Origin: a bacterium
GTDB lineage: Bacteria; Patescibacteriota; Microgenomatia; Levybacterales; UBA12049
NCBI GenBank assembly: GCA_021780675.1
Contig: JAJXYH010000004.1
Location: 5,668 to 69,667, forward strand
Direction: 5' to 3'
DNA length: 64,000 nt
Shown here: positions 1 to 9,043 of the stretch, one piece after another
Layout: each line of letters opens with the position of its first letter
Position numbering within the stretch: position 1 is the first letter of the stretch
Notes under the pieces: generated by a model
The model's input: the letters and a program-made list of their open reading frames with translations, nothing else
What the model was told of the DNA's origin: nothing
The model's database searches: none
Translations under genes and position numbers: made by a program

Positions 1-107
1 AGCCCACCACTTTATAACATGATCTGGGTCTATCCAGGCTTCAAAAACCAAATCTCTTGGTGCATTAAATTCCCTTGTTAAAACAACTTCTTTTATTACC
101 TCCATGC
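1..107 (-). CDS. SRPBCC/AHSA1 (activator of Hsp90 ATPase-like) domain protein, N-terminal part only (gene runs off window start)
   Basis: Reverse translation from the ATG at 105-107 gives MEVIKEVVLTREFNAPRDLVFEAWIDPDHVIKWWA, the typical AHSA1/SRPBCC N-terminus. A GGAGG RBS lies upstream at 113-120. Confidence 0.55.
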
Positions 108-152
108 AAATTCACCTCCTCCTATGAGATAGAGAAAACGCATCTCATTGGA

Positions 153-181
153 TCCCGTTAGATATGAAACTGTCTAACGGG
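153..181. other. 9-bp stem hairpin (cccgttaga...tctaacggg) between two minus-strand genes; possible terminator but no U-tract
   Basis: Perfect inverted repeat seen in the sequence. No flanking T-run on either strand. Confidence 0.3.
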
Positions 182-200
182 ACTACTACGCTATAAATTT

Positions 201-617
201 TTAACTCACCGCTTTTTTAATAAGCCTTACGATTTCCGCTTCCTCTTTTGCCGTTATTTTTAAAAGCGCAAAACCGGTCGGCCACATATTGCCATCGTCT
301 AAATTCGCATCGTGCTGAAACCCTAAGGTTGCGTACCTAACTTTAAATTTAACCGCATCCTGAAAAAAACAAACCACTTTACCCTGCGAGTTAGTATACG
401 CAGGCATTCCGTACCAGGTTCTTACTCCCAGTTCCGGTGCGTTTTTCCTAACCAATTCATGAATTTTTGTGGCCAAAACCTTGTCTGAACCCTTCATGGT
501 GGCAATTTTTGCTAAAACCGCTTCTTCACCGTTTCCCTTATTTGCCATAAGCTCCAAAGCACGCTGTTTCATGGCTGTTTGCTCTTCTTTTGAAAATCCT
601 TTTGCTTTTGTTGTCAT
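201..617 (-). CDS. DUF1801 (YdhG-like) domain protein
   Basis: 138 aa. Its start overlaps the upstream ArsR gene stop as ATGA. Conserved C-terminal KITAKEEAEIVRLIKKA is reminiscent of DUF1801 proteins that commonly sit beside ArsR/SRPBCC genes. Confidence 0.45.
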   Translation of the reverse strand: MTTKAKGFSKEEQTAMKQRALELMANKGNGEEAVLAKIATMKGSDKVLATKIHELVRKNAPELGVRTWYGMPAYTNSQGKVVCFFQDAVKFKVRYATLGFQHDANLDDGNMWPTGFALLKITAKEEAEIVRLIKKAVS

Positions 618-931
618 TATTTTTTCACCTCCTTTTTAACATGCTTTTCTAATCTGTCCAGTTGCGCTTCCCAAAGCCTGCGGAAATTTGCTATCCAGGT
701 ATCGATTTCTTCAAATTTCTCCGCGTTAAGCGAATAAATGCGCTGTTGAGCATCCTTTTCTACCTCCACTACCCCATAATCTGCCAAAACCTTTAAGTGT
801 TTGGAAGTTTGGGGTTGGCTCATATGGAGTTTATGCGAAATTTCACCTACGGGCGAAGGGCCACCTAAAAGGTATTCAACAATATTAAACCTGTTAACTT
901 CCGATATTATAGCCAGAGTTGAGGGGTTCAT
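617..931 (-). CDS. ArsR/SmtB family HTH transcriptional regulator
   Basis: 104 aa. Motif SHKLHMSQPQTSKHLKVLADYGVV is a classic ArsR-type winged HTH. Confidence 0.7.
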   Translation of the reverse strand: MNPSTLAIISEVNRFNIVEYLLGGPSPVGEISHKLHMSQPQTSKHLKVLADYGVVEVEKDAQQRIYSLNAEKFEEIDTWIANFRRLWEAQLDRLEKHVKKEVKK

Positions 932-1051
932 GCGGATATATTACCACACGCGTATATTCCTGTCAAGGCATATACAATTTATTCCTATAGTTTGCTGCTT
1001 TTTGTTTTTATTTATCAATAAGATTGACATACTGTGCTAAACTAATAGTTA

Positions 1052-1561
1052 ATGAGTGGAGATAGGTTTTTTGCAATTTTTGGTAAATTAGCTGTTGTTT
1101 TAATTCTGGTTGGTATTATTGCCGGCGGGGCTTACTATTTGGGAGCTAAAAACCAACCCCAAAAGGAAACCCAAACGAAAAACACTGTTAAAACTACAGT
1201 TACTCCGACAATCACCCCTCAAGTTACAACTGCGGCAAATATAACTCCAGAGCCAACCGTTGATGAAACTGCTGCTTTAAGCTTAGCCATTAAAAATGCT
1301 CTAGTTACAGAACATGGAAGCGTTGCAAACGACTTAAACATTACCGTATCTAAAATTAAAGGCGATTATGCCTCCGGCGCTGCATCGCAGCAAGGCGGAG
1401 GCGGTATATGGTATGCGGCTAAGGTAAACGGTGTTTGGAAACTGGTATGGGACGGAAATGGATTTATCTCCTGCTCTAACTTAACTAATTATCCAAACTT
1501 TCCTACCAGCATGATTCCCCAGTGCTACAACGATCAAGCTAAAGCAATCGTAAATAGATAA
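1052..1561 (+). CDS. hypothetical membrane-anchored/secreted protein with Thr/Pro-rich linker
   Basis: N-terminal hydrophobic segment, then TVKTTVTPTITPQVTT low-complexity linker, then a Cys-containing C-terminal domain. Confidence 0.4.
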   Translation: MSGDRFFAIFGKLAVVLILVGIIAGGAYYLGAKNQPQKETQTKNTVKTTVTPTITPQVTTAANITPEPTVDETAALSLAIKNALVTEHGSVANDLNITVSKIKGDYASGAASQQGGGGIWYAAKVNGVWKLVWDGNGFISCSNLTNYPNFPTSMIPQCYNDQAKAIVNR

Positions 1562-1927
1562 TTATTTAGAAGTTTTAGAAGACTTTACAAACCAAACCGC
1601 AAGAGGCAACAGAAATGTTAATCCGTAGTAAATAATCACATCTAATTTATAATAATCTACAGGGTGTAAAAGTTTTACCAAGAAAACATAATCAAACGTT
1701 ACGGCGACAACCAGCCAAACAATTGCAATGGATAAATAATATTCCAAGTCTTTTTCTTTAATTTTTTTAAACAAAATCCAAAGCGTTAATGCTATGCCAA
1801 ACGGCATAATTGCCAAACCTAAGTAATTTTGGGGCAAGAAGGTAAAAAAGATAATACCGAGGATGTAACCAAACAGCCAAAGCAAGAATCCGTAGCCAAA
1901 TGCATGGAATAAGAATTTCTTGTCCAT
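1562..1927 (-). CDS. small polytopic membrane protein, unknown function
   Basis: 121 aa with 4 predicted hydrophobic helices. Confidence 0.4.
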   Translation of the reverse strand: MDKKFLFHAFGYGFLLWLFGYILGIIFFTFLPQNYLGLAIMPFGIALTLWILFKKIKEKDLEYYLSIAIVWLVVAVTFDYVFLVKLLHPVDYYKLDVIIYYGLTFLLPLAVWFVKSSKTSK

Positions 1928-1973
1928 AAAGCTAAGATCTATTATAACAAATTAAATATGATAAGATAGTTGC

Positions 1974-2483
1974 ATGAAATTTTGGCTAACGTACGTATTA
2001 ATAATTGGTGTGTTAGTTATAAGCTCAACGTCTTTATACATTGATTCCCAAAAAAAGCCTCAAATTGCCTCACCTTTAATTATAAATGTAAATTCGTTCC
2101 CCCCAACCCTTACCCCAACGCCTACACCCACTCCTACGCCAACACCAACGCCTACACCCACTCCTACGCCAACACCAACGCCGATTCCCATCACGTCTTC
2201 CGATCTTGATTCGCTTTTTACTAAATATGGAAACTACTATAGTGTTGATGTAAATTTACTTAAGAAAATTGCTGCCTGTGAATCAGGCTTTAATCCAAAT
2301 GCTATATATGGCGATTATCTGGGGATGTTCCAATTTTCTTCGGGCGCCTGGATAAACAGCCGCGCTTTAATGGGACAGGATTCAAATTTAGATTTAAGAA
2401 GAAATCCCGAAGAATCAATTAAAACCGCTGCTTTTAAAATCTCGAGGGGCGAAGCATCAGCCTGGCCGGTGTGCGGAAAATAG
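1974..2483 (+). CDS. Rpf/transglycosylase-like domain protein (membrane-anchored, (TP)n linker)
   Basis: Motif AACESGFNPNAIYGDYLGMFQFSSGAW resembles the resuscitation-promoting-factor/lysozyme-like transglycosylase domain (CESGG...GLFQFS...W). N-terminal TM plus TPTPTP repeat linker. Confidence 0.6.
   Translation: MKFWLTYVLIIGVLVISSTSLYIDSQKKPQIASPLIINVNSFPPTLTPTPTPTPTPTPTPTPTPTPTPTPIPITSSDLDSLFTKYGNYYSVDVNLLKKIAACESGFNPNAIYGDYLGMFQFSSGAWINSRALMGQDSNLDLRRNPEESIKTAAFKISRGEASAWPVCGK
2113..2180 (+). repeat. tandem 30-nt coding repeat encoding the (TP)n linker
   Basis: aacgcctacacccactcctacgccaacacc repeated twice in tandem inside the Rpf-like CDS. Confidence 0.6.
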
Positions 2484-2505
2484 GCCTTAAGCAGTTTTTC
2501 CCATA

Positions 2506-3266
2506 CTACGTGCTATAGCAAATCTGGTTAATTAATGTTACATTATTTGTAGTAATAATAATTCTCCCGCCTTTCTTAATTACGCTTAATGCATCTTTTG
2601 GTCTGTTTATTGTCCACACATTTATAGGAAAATCTACACCTTTAGAACTGTTAAAACTAAGAATTTCATCCGTTACGTTGTTTCCAATTTCTACTGTTGC
2701 TCCGCGTCCAACTACACCCCCTCTAATCCAGTTTTCCGCCCTTTGAAAATAATCTTCAATATTGGATTCATCTACGTTAAAAACGACTAATTTTTGAGGA
2801 GAACTTTCAATTTCATCCAAAAAAGAAAATGTTCCGCCCGAATATGTAACTAAACTGTCTTTGGGCATAAGAAGATCTACTTGTTGTTTAAATAATTTAA
2901 ATCCCTTCTGGTCGTTTCCGCCTATTTTAATATCCAAAGCTATGCCCTTGCCAGAACCGAGAACTTTTTCCAAAACTGTTTTGAAAGCCTGTTCTTTTTT
3001 TGCAACTTACTTAAGGCGTTAAAATCACCCAATGTGTGCACAACATATAATCCATTACTATTCCCCACATCTACCTCAATTAACCCTGATTTATCATCAA
3101 GGGCTGTATTCAGTAACTCCAGATTATCGGCTGCGTTATGAGCAGAGGTATAAACATTTGGATTTTGTTTTAATGCTTCATAAAATTGCTCTAAACTAAC
3201 CGTCTCGTAATCTTGCGAACCCTTAAGAAAAAAGAGCAGCGAGACAGCTGCTACACCTAGCAGCAA
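2506..3266 (-). pseudogene. glycerophosphodiester phosphodiesterase (GDPD) family gene disrupted by a frameshift in an A7 homopolymer
   Basis: Two overlapping ORFs (2940-3266 and 2506-2973) in different frames. The N-terminal part has HNAADNLELLNTALDDKSGLIEVDV...VVHTLGD (GDPD-like). The C-terminal part has VDFPINVWTINRPKDA...GGRIIITTN (GDPD C-terminal WTVN...GVDGIITD-like). The frames join at the run of 7 A at 2995-3001 (minus strand); one extra A would restore a ~253 aa protein. Confidence 0.55.
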
Positions 3267-3340
3267 TGCTTTCCTTCTTGAAATAGGTAAATTTAAAGCA
3301 TTAAAAAGTGCTTATGAATAATTTGTAGGCTTTTCGTTCA

Positions 3341-4477
3341 TTAAGCTTTGTTATTAATTATTTTACTAAGCGGTTCCAATGTTATCAGAAAAAAAGTAAT
3401 TAAGGTTGCTAAAAACTGCGAGCTATCCAGAAAATTTTTAATTAATCCTCCGCCCGAAAGCAAATTGCCGTTAAAACTAATAAGAAGAAGCGGCAAAATA
3501 AATATCCATCTTTTTTGCCCTAATTTAATGATTAAAAATGGTAAAATCACGGCAAAATAATATTGCCAGGGAGTCGGGAAAATTAACAACAAAAGGCAAA
3601 GTAAAGCAATTGCAATTTCAACTTGATTATTGCTCTTTATTTTTTTCACTTGATATAAAAAAATCAGCAGTAAACTAAATATACCAAGCGCAAATGCAAT
3701 ATACCCGAATGATAAAAATTTAATTTCTATACCAAGCCTTGCAAAAGAAGATGAAAAAGATTGGTTAACAATAGCAGGATCAACCGCAGTCGAAACTCTT
3801 GAAGTTACTCCCTGAATTTCTTTTAAATAATAACTCCAGATGTTTAATGGCAAAATAATTATGCTTATTACCAAACCCAATACCAAACTTGCCAGCGGCA
3901 TTAAAATATCTTTAAGTTTTGTTTTACCAAAAAGAAGTCCCGGTATTACCACAGCCGGATAAATTTTTAATAGCACCGAAACTGTAAAAAAGAATTGTCT
4001 TAAATACTTATTTTTAAAAATCCAAAGACTGTAAATCCCTAAGGTAACCAAACCCATCGGATTTCCCCCACCCAACGAATAAGTTAGAGGAAATGAAAAT
4101 GAAATTAATGAAAGTAAAATCCAAAACAACGGTGTGATTTTTTTTAAAAAATGTTTCCAAAGTAAATAGAAAACAATAAAGAAACTTGCCAAATTAACAA
4201 AAGTAATAAGCACTTCTGCAATTTTTAAAGAAAAAATGGTAAAGGGAAGAAATGGCAATAATACAAATGGCGGACCGAAAGAATTATGAACTATGTAGGA
4301 AAGATCGGGACTAACACTAAATAAATTATGAATTACGCGGTAATAACCGTAGAAATCAGGCAAAATGCCAATCTTGAAAATTATTTCAATTAGTTTGTAT
4401 AAACGTATACTCCAAAAAACCAGGAAGATAAAAAATGAAATTTTAATTAATACTTCTTGGTTAAATTTTGCTTTCAC
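3341..4477 (-). CDS. polytopic membrane protein, possibly GT-C type glycosyltransferase (DUF2029/PMT-like)
   Basis: 378 aa with >10 hydrophobic helices. No catalytic motif could be verified by eye. Confidence 0.35.
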   Translation of the reverse strand: MKAKFNQEVLIKISFFIFLVFWSIRLYKLIEIIFKIGILPDFYGYYRVIHNLFSVSPDLSYIVHNSFGPPFVLLPFLPFTIFSLKIAEVLITFVNLASFFIVFYLLWKHFLKKITPLFWILLSLISFSFPLTYSLGGGNPMGLVTLGIYSLWIFKNKYLRQFFFTVSVLLKIYPAVVIPGLLFGKTKLKDILMPLASLVLGLVISIIILPLNIWSYYLKEIQGVTSRVSTAVDPAIVNQSFSSSFARLGIEIKFLSFGYIAFALGIFSLLLIFLYQVKKIKSNNQVEIAIALLCLLLLIFPTPWQYYFAVILPFLIIKLGQKRWIFILPLLLISFNGNLLSGGGLIKNFLDSSQFLATLITFFLITLEPLSKIINNKA

Positions 4478-4512
4478 TTCCCAAATTATAGCACGGGAAG
4501 AATTTTACTGTA

Positions 4513-4767
4513 CTAACTTAAATCTTTTTTTAATTGTTCAAACTCTTTTTTATTTATTTCCCCCTTTGCGTAACGTACTTTTATTATGTCTATATATGAA
4601 TATTCCTCAATAAGATCGTTTTCTTCCTTTCTTTCCCCTTTATGAGAAAAGAAGAAAGAAAAAAATAAAATTGCAAGAATAATAAAAATTACAAATATAA
4701 ATACTCCTGGAAGAAAAGATGAATATTGCGGGTAAGCATATTGTGGGTAAGTGTAATAATGCATCAT
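4513..4767 (-). CDS. SHOCT domain membrane protein
   Basis: C-terminal IDIIKVRYAKGEINKKEFEQLKKDL matches the SHOCT short C-terminal motif. N-terminal TM. Confidence 0.6.
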   Translation of the reverse strand: MMHYYTYPQYAYPQYSSFLPGVFIFVIFIILAILFFSFFFSHKGERKEENDLIEEYSYIDIIKVRYAKGEINKKEFEQLKKDLS

Positions 4768-4850
4768 TTTTGTTTCACCTCCTTTAAACTCAAAATAGCT
4801 TAACTTTCTGAGAAAACGCTGAACATGAAATTAAAAATAGTATTAAATCT

Positions 4851-5021
4851 TTAGAGGTTATGAAAAAACCTTAAGTAAAAAGCTATAAACACCAATACGA
4901 TTCCAACATTTACTATTAGCCGTTCCCAAAAGTGATTTCTAAAAAATAATAAATCCACAGAAACTATAACAACTATTATCAGCAAAATTACTACTGAAAC
5001 AATTGGTTTAACCGAACCCAT
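4851..5021 (-). CDS. unannotated small membrane protein (56 aa), hypothetical
   Basis: ORF below the 60-aa track cutoff: MGSVKPIVSVVILLIIVVIVSVDLLFFRNHFWERLIVNVGIVLVFIAFYLRFFHNL. Two hydrophobic helices. Confidence 0.3.
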   Translation of the reverse strand: MGSVKPIVSVVILLIIVVIVSVDLLFFRNHFWERLIVNVGIVLVFIAFYLRFFHNL

Positions 5022-5372
5022 ACAGATAATTTATATCTAAAACGTGGTACTGTCAACAATAATGCTCCCACTCCTACCCCAAGTCCAATACCTACGCCTA
5101 TTACCTCAAACGATCTGGATTCACTTTTTACAAAATATGGTAACTTTTATAGCGTTGATGTAAATTTACTTAAGAAAATTGCTGCCTGTGAATCAGGCTT
5201 TAATCCAAATGCTATATATGGCGATTATCTGGGAATGTTTCAATTTTCATCAGGAGCATGGATAAACAGCCGCGCTTTAATGGGACAGGATTCAAATTTA
5301 GATTTAAGAAGAAATCCGAAGGAATCAATAAAAACCGCTGGTTTTAATTGCATCAAGAGTATTCATAAATAA
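4998..5372 (+). pseudogene. 5'-truncated duplicate of the Rpf/transglycosylase-like gene (no start codon or signal peptide)
   Basis: 5060-5345 is ~95% identical at nucleotide level to 2170-2440. The reading frame is open from the TGA at 4995 to the TAA at 5370-5372, with no in-frame ATG/GTG/TTG before the domain. The C-terminal end diverges from the first copy. Confidence 0.6.
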
Positions 5373-5457
5373 GTAATTAATAGAGAATAATCGTTAACGG
5401 GGGAAAGTGTAAGTGATTTTAAAAGTCTATTGCTCTTAAAGGCACATTGGGGCAAGG

Positions 5458-5889
5458 TTAAAATTTATCTGTTTTAGGTTCAGAAATTCCTTCTATCCAT
5501 AGCGGTATTTTGTCTTTTGGGTCTCCATTATTATAGTTAAATGTTATTTCGTCATTTTTTTTAATATTATTTAATGCAATAAAATCAATTGTTTTGTTTT
5601 TTTGTCTAATCCTGTATTTTGCATTTGGTTTATATGTATGGTTATATATTGACCCAAAACCCAAAGCAATTGCCAGACGTTCTTTATTTTTACCAAAATA
5701 GAAAAAATAAGTAACCAAAATACTTTCATTTAGATTAGCCATGTCAAATTTTGGCAGTTCAATAATTGGGCATCTTTCGATAATTTCATCTTTCTTTATA
5801 TCACGTCTGGCAAAAACCCCCAGCCCCGCATTAAGAATTTTTGATTTATCTACATAAACCTTATCCGATGCTGCAATTTTATTCATCAT
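5458..5889 (-). CDS. SET domain protein (lysine methyltransferase-like)
   Basis: Motifs GLGVFARRDIKKDEII, NHTYKPNAKY (NHSCxPN-like) and DEITFNY are typical of the SET domain. Confidence 0.65.
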   Translation of the reverse strand: MMNKIAASDKVYVDKSKILNAGLGVFARRDIKKDEIIERCPIIELPKFDMANLNESILVTYFFYFGKNKERLAIALGFGSIYNHTYKPNAKYRIRQKNKTIDFIALNNIKKNDEITFNYNNGDPKDKIPLWIEGISEPKTDKF

Positions 5890-5917
5890 AAGATTATAAC
5901 AGAAGTTGAATTAAGGC

Positions 5918-6050
5918 TAATTTGCTCCGTGACTAGGGCTTCCTTCGCGCAAGGCACTCAGGATTGCTTCTTGGAAGTTTACTTCTCGTCCTAGTCAAAA
6001 TCACAAAAATAGCCACCACATGGATTGAGCTCTGCGATCCTAGAATTATT
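5918..6050 (+). repeat. repeat element A: begins with a 14-nt exact copy of the tRNA-Asn 3' end (gctccgtgactagg at 5924-5937); homologous to element B at 7048-7200
   Basis: Shared scaffold with element B: taa-ttgctccg-gactagg, ..., tcctag-aaa-cacaaaaa-ag-cacc, ..., gagctc-g-g. GACTAGG/CCTAGTC form a long-range inverted repeat. Confidence 0.5.
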
Positions 6051-6150
6051 ATAACTGCAAAAGTAATAGAATCCTTCCAGAATCTAAGCTATATCGGGGA
6101 ATTGAGGCAGAGGTGGAAGGAGATTAAAAAGCTACAATTAAACCCTGCTT

Positions 6151-6981
6151 TTATTGCGCGAATTTGAAAGTAGAAAGAATTTCTTGAAATTTAGCAAGAT
6201 TACTAGGGTCATTACTTAAAACCTCAATTAAATATGTCTTCCCATCTTTATAGACCACTACGACTTTACCTTCTAATTTAATTAGACCATCAGTTCCACC
6301 AAGATTTTCAATAACAGCTGGTATTCCGCCTACAGTTATCTGGTTTGGTTGTGATACTGTTTTAGGGTTTTGTTTACTAAGAGCATCATTTAAGGATTTA
6401 TCGCCTGTATTTACACTAATAGAACCAATGCCAAGGTCATTTAAGAAAGTTTCACCAAAAATTATGTCACTTTTTGAATAAGAACTTATTTTTGCTTTCC
6501 ATGGGCTTGGTAGTATAAAACTATAACCTCCATCGTTATTAATAATTCTATTTCCCTCAATAATAACAGGGGTTGTAGGTTTTGGCGAAACTTCATATAC
6601 ACCAGGGGTGACACTAGTTGATTTAGAAATATTTCGTGAACCTATAAGCGCAGCGGAAAATATTACAACTATTCCTACTATTATCAAAATAACTGGCAAC
6701 AAAGTTAATAATAACTTAACCCATCTAGGCCATTTTGTTGCAAACCACATAACAATTAATCCCATTGGATATATAGACAAAAGCAAAAATATAGCTATTA
6801 AGGTTCCAAAAATGTTATTTTGGTGGGATTCAGGAACGGAAGGGGTACTAGGGCTTGGAGGTTGACCATTTAGTGCCTGCGTACCTTGAGGCGGAATAGT
6901 TTCATTTTCAACAATAATAGGGTTTGGCACTTGAGTTGTAGCTTGAACAGAATTTTCTTCCATAAGGTAATCATCAAACAA
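6151..6981 (-). CDS. membrane-anchored protein with extracytoplasmic domain, hypothetical
   Basis: 276 aa. Pro/Ser-rich N-terminus, one long hydrophobic region, then a soluble C-terminal domain. Confidence 0.4.
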   Translation of the reverse strand: MFDDYLMEENSVQATTQVPNPIIVENETIPPQGTQALNGQPPSPSTPSVPESHQNNIFGTLIAIFLLLSIYPMGLIVMWFATKWPRWVKLLLTLLPVILIIVGIVVIFSAALIGSRNISKSTSVTPGVYEVSPKPTTPVIIEGNRIINNDGGYSFILPSPWKAKISSYSKSDIIFGETFLNDLGIGSISVNTGDKSLNDALSKQNPKTVSQPNQITVGGIPAVIENLGGTDGLIKLEGKVVVVYKDGKTYLIEVLSNDPSNLAKFQEILSTFKFAQ

Positions 6982-7047
6982 TTTTATTAATAAATCAAGC
7001 TCGAAGTTATAATAAAGGGCTGATAGTTACCCTTAAGGGTGGTAAAT

Positions 7048-7200
7048 ATAACTTGCTCCGCGACTAAGTTCTTAGGAGAATCTTCATTCGCTACGCTCAT
7101 TTCGAGACTCGGTCTTGCGATAATTCCTATCCTAGAAACCACAAAAAAAGTCACCGAAATGGTGACTTGTTTTGTGAGCTCCGAGGGATAGACGACGTTA
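7048..7200 (+). repeat. repeat element B: starts with a degenerate copy of the tRNA-Asn 3' end (gctccgcgactaag at 7055-7068); homologous to element A
   Basis: See element A. It contains the terminator hairpin at 7143-7175. Confidence 0.45.
7143..7175 (-). terminator. rho-independent terminator downstream of the Nudix gene (bidirectional hairpin)
   Basis: gtcacc-gaaat-ggtgac stem-loop flanked by a T-run on the minus strand (aaaaaaa on plus just upstream) and by ttgttttgt on plus. Confidence 0.5.
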
Positions 7201-7204
7201 GAAC

Positions 7205-7588
7205 CTATTTAAACAATTCAGGAAACCAGTCTCTGTTATCAGCAAACATTTGATTATAGGGAATCTTGTCAAAGTCAAACCATTTAAGTTCCTTTATACT
7301 TATTTCTTTGGGTTTAATTTCTCCATCCCATGTACTTGTTTTAAAGATAATCAATTTAATGTCTGAATTTAGTTCTTTAACTTTTGTTAAATCTTCCCTG
7401 TTTATTTTAATAAATGTTTCTTCGTTAAACTCTCTTGCCACTGCATCTTCAAGAGATTCCCCCTTATTAACAAATCCGCCAATGCCATTCCATTTCTGGT
7501 CATTTGAAGAATAATGAATTTTAGCAAGAAGAATTTTTTTATCTTTAACAATAAAACATACAACACCAATTCTTTTATCCATAAACAA
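7205..7588 (-). CDS. Nudix hydrolase
   Basis: Nudix box GGFVNKGESLEDAVAREFNEETFI (GX5EX7REUXEEXGU). Confidence 0.75.
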   Translation of the reverse strand: MFMDKRIGVVCFIVKDKKILLAKIHYSSNDQKWNGIGGFVNKGESLEDAVAREFNEETFIKINREDLTKVKELNSDIKLIIFKTSTWDGEIKPKEISIKELKWFDFDKIPYNQMFADNRDWFPELFK

Positions 7589-7627
7589 ATTATATCAGAG
7601 GTTCTAATATACTACTCGGGGTGAACC

Positions 7628-7702
7628 TGGCTCCGTGACTAGGACTCGAACCTAGAACCTTGTCGTTAACAGCGACCTGCTCTACCATTGAGCTATCACG
7701 GA
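7628..7702 (-). tRNA. tRNA-Asn (anticodon GTT), CCA encoded
   Basis: Manual fold: acceptor TCCGTGA/TCACGGA, D-arm GCTC-AATGGTA-GAGC, anticodon loop CTGTTAA, T-arm CTAGG-TTCGAGT-CCTAG, 3' GCCA. Confidence 0.8.
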
Positions 7703-7754
7703 ATGTATTAAGATTTTATCAATTATAAGTTTTAAAATCTAGTATTTTAATGTT

Positions 7755-8327
7755 TTATCTTTCAACTACTGAAAACCTTACTTTAAAAGGGAGTCTTCCA
7801 TCTGGAATAGGGTCTCTTGGATATGGACTTACAAATCTAACAATAATGATTTGGTTAATCGGAATGTGGATTCTTGGGAATTCATGATCCTCAACGCCTG
7901 AATCTAACAAAACATCATTAAGAAGACCAGGTAGTAAATCCGGGTCTTCCCTAAATCTTTCTAAAAGAGATACGAATCCTTCTACTTTTCTATGCAATCC
8001 ATTACTTCTGCCGGATTTAAATTCTACCATTTCCATTAAACAAAAATTTCTGCTTAAAAGAAGTGCATCTGGTCTAGCTTCTGCTGAAAGATGACGCCTT
8101 CCCAAAGCCTCGTCAAGCATATGTGGACCCACACCAATAAAACGCTGGTTTCTTTTCATTATTTCAACAAACCCCTCTTCTTCATATGAATCTCCGTTGG
8201 AATGCGTTCTTTTACCAATTAGATCTATTCCTTTTGAAACAATAATTAATTTGGGGCAAATAGTTTCCGCAGTTTGATATGCAGTTCTATGCTGTGGCAG
8301 GCCGATATCTTGTTCTCTTTCCGACAC
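7755..8327 (-). CDS. hypothetical protein (no recognisable family)
   Basis: 190 aa ORF adjacent to tRNA-Asn. Composition looks less AT-rich than neighbours. Confidence 0.35.
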   Translation of the reverse strand: MSEREQDIGLPQHRTAYQTAETICPKLIIVSKGIDLIGKRTHSNGDSYEEEGFVEIMKRNQRFIGVGPHMLDEALGRRHLSAEARPDALLLSRNFCLMEMVEFKSGRSNGLHRKVEGFVSLLERFREDPDLLPGLLNDVLLDSGVEDHEFPRIHIPINQIIIVRFVSPYPRDPIPDGRLPFKVRFSVVER

Positions 8328-8415
8328 TTACAATAAAAATATAAATAAATAGAGTGAGTTTGACAAGGGGCAAAATCAACTTGACAAACATATAAAAAGA
8401 TATCAATATTTAAAT

Positions 8416-8991
8416 ATGGAGTCTTCCAGACGAATTGAGGCGGGAAATGATGGTTTTCACCCGAAGCCTGAATTAACTACTGTGCCCAAGCAACCAGCAA
8501 AAATAACCATATTCAAAGCTCCCAGACCAATATTAACAGACACTGCAACACATGAGCCAATATATGCCGGATTAATTACACCGGAGGGGTTTAATAGTTT
8601 AGAGGGAAATATGCAAGAAGCGGTTTTACTAAATTTAATGGAAACCGATAATAAAGATCAAATCAGAAAATTAAGGCCGGATTTTGAAATAGATAGACCA
8701 TTAACTTACGATGAAAAAAGACTTTCCGAATGGACAGCAAGCATTACTTCGCATGAAGAACCGATTCTTGCCCCACGGATAGAAATAGAGGATGGATTAT
8801 TCGCTCAAATTCATCATACAGTTTATTATGATTTTGAAAAAAGAGAAGATTTAGCGGTAGTCTTAGAAAGAGAAAGACAAAGAAGAATACAGTTTACGCC
8901 GGGACAATTTGCACCATCTGAAAATTTAGGTAAATACTCCGCAGCAATTCGTTATCGCGGAAACCTTGAAAGACAAATTCAAAATAAATAA
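8416..8991 (+). CDS. hypothetical protein
   Basis: 191 aa ORF divergent from 7755-8327. Confidence 0.35.
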   Translation: MESSRRIEAGNDGFHPKPELTTVPKQPAKITIFKAPRPILTDTATHEPIYAGLITPEGFNSLEGNMQEAVLLNLMETDNKDQIRKLRPDFEIDRPLTYDEKRLSEWTASITSHEEPILAPRIEIEDGLFAQIHHTVYYDFEKREDLAVVLERERQRRIQFTPGQFAPSENLGKYSAAIRYRGNLERQIQNK

Positions 8992-9043
8992 TAGACAGGT
9001 AGAACTTCAAAAAGCTGCTTAAGCATAGTCTTTACACAAAAGT

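Noticed and set aside
801-1040. Plus-strand ORF overlapping the ArsR gene
   Set aside because: It lies antisense to and inside a well-supported regulator gene, with no motif. Likely spurious.
5918-6050. Element A as an intron-containing or unusual tRNA
   Set aside because: Only the acceptor/T-stem fragment matches tRNA-Asn. No D-arm or anticodon arm can be folded, and the T-loop is replaced by ~55 nt.
7755-8327. Assigning 7755-8327 to dCTP deaminase, GTP cyclohydrolase or a DNA glycosylase family
   Set aside because: The candidate motifs compared by eye did not line up convincingly. It is left as hypothetical.
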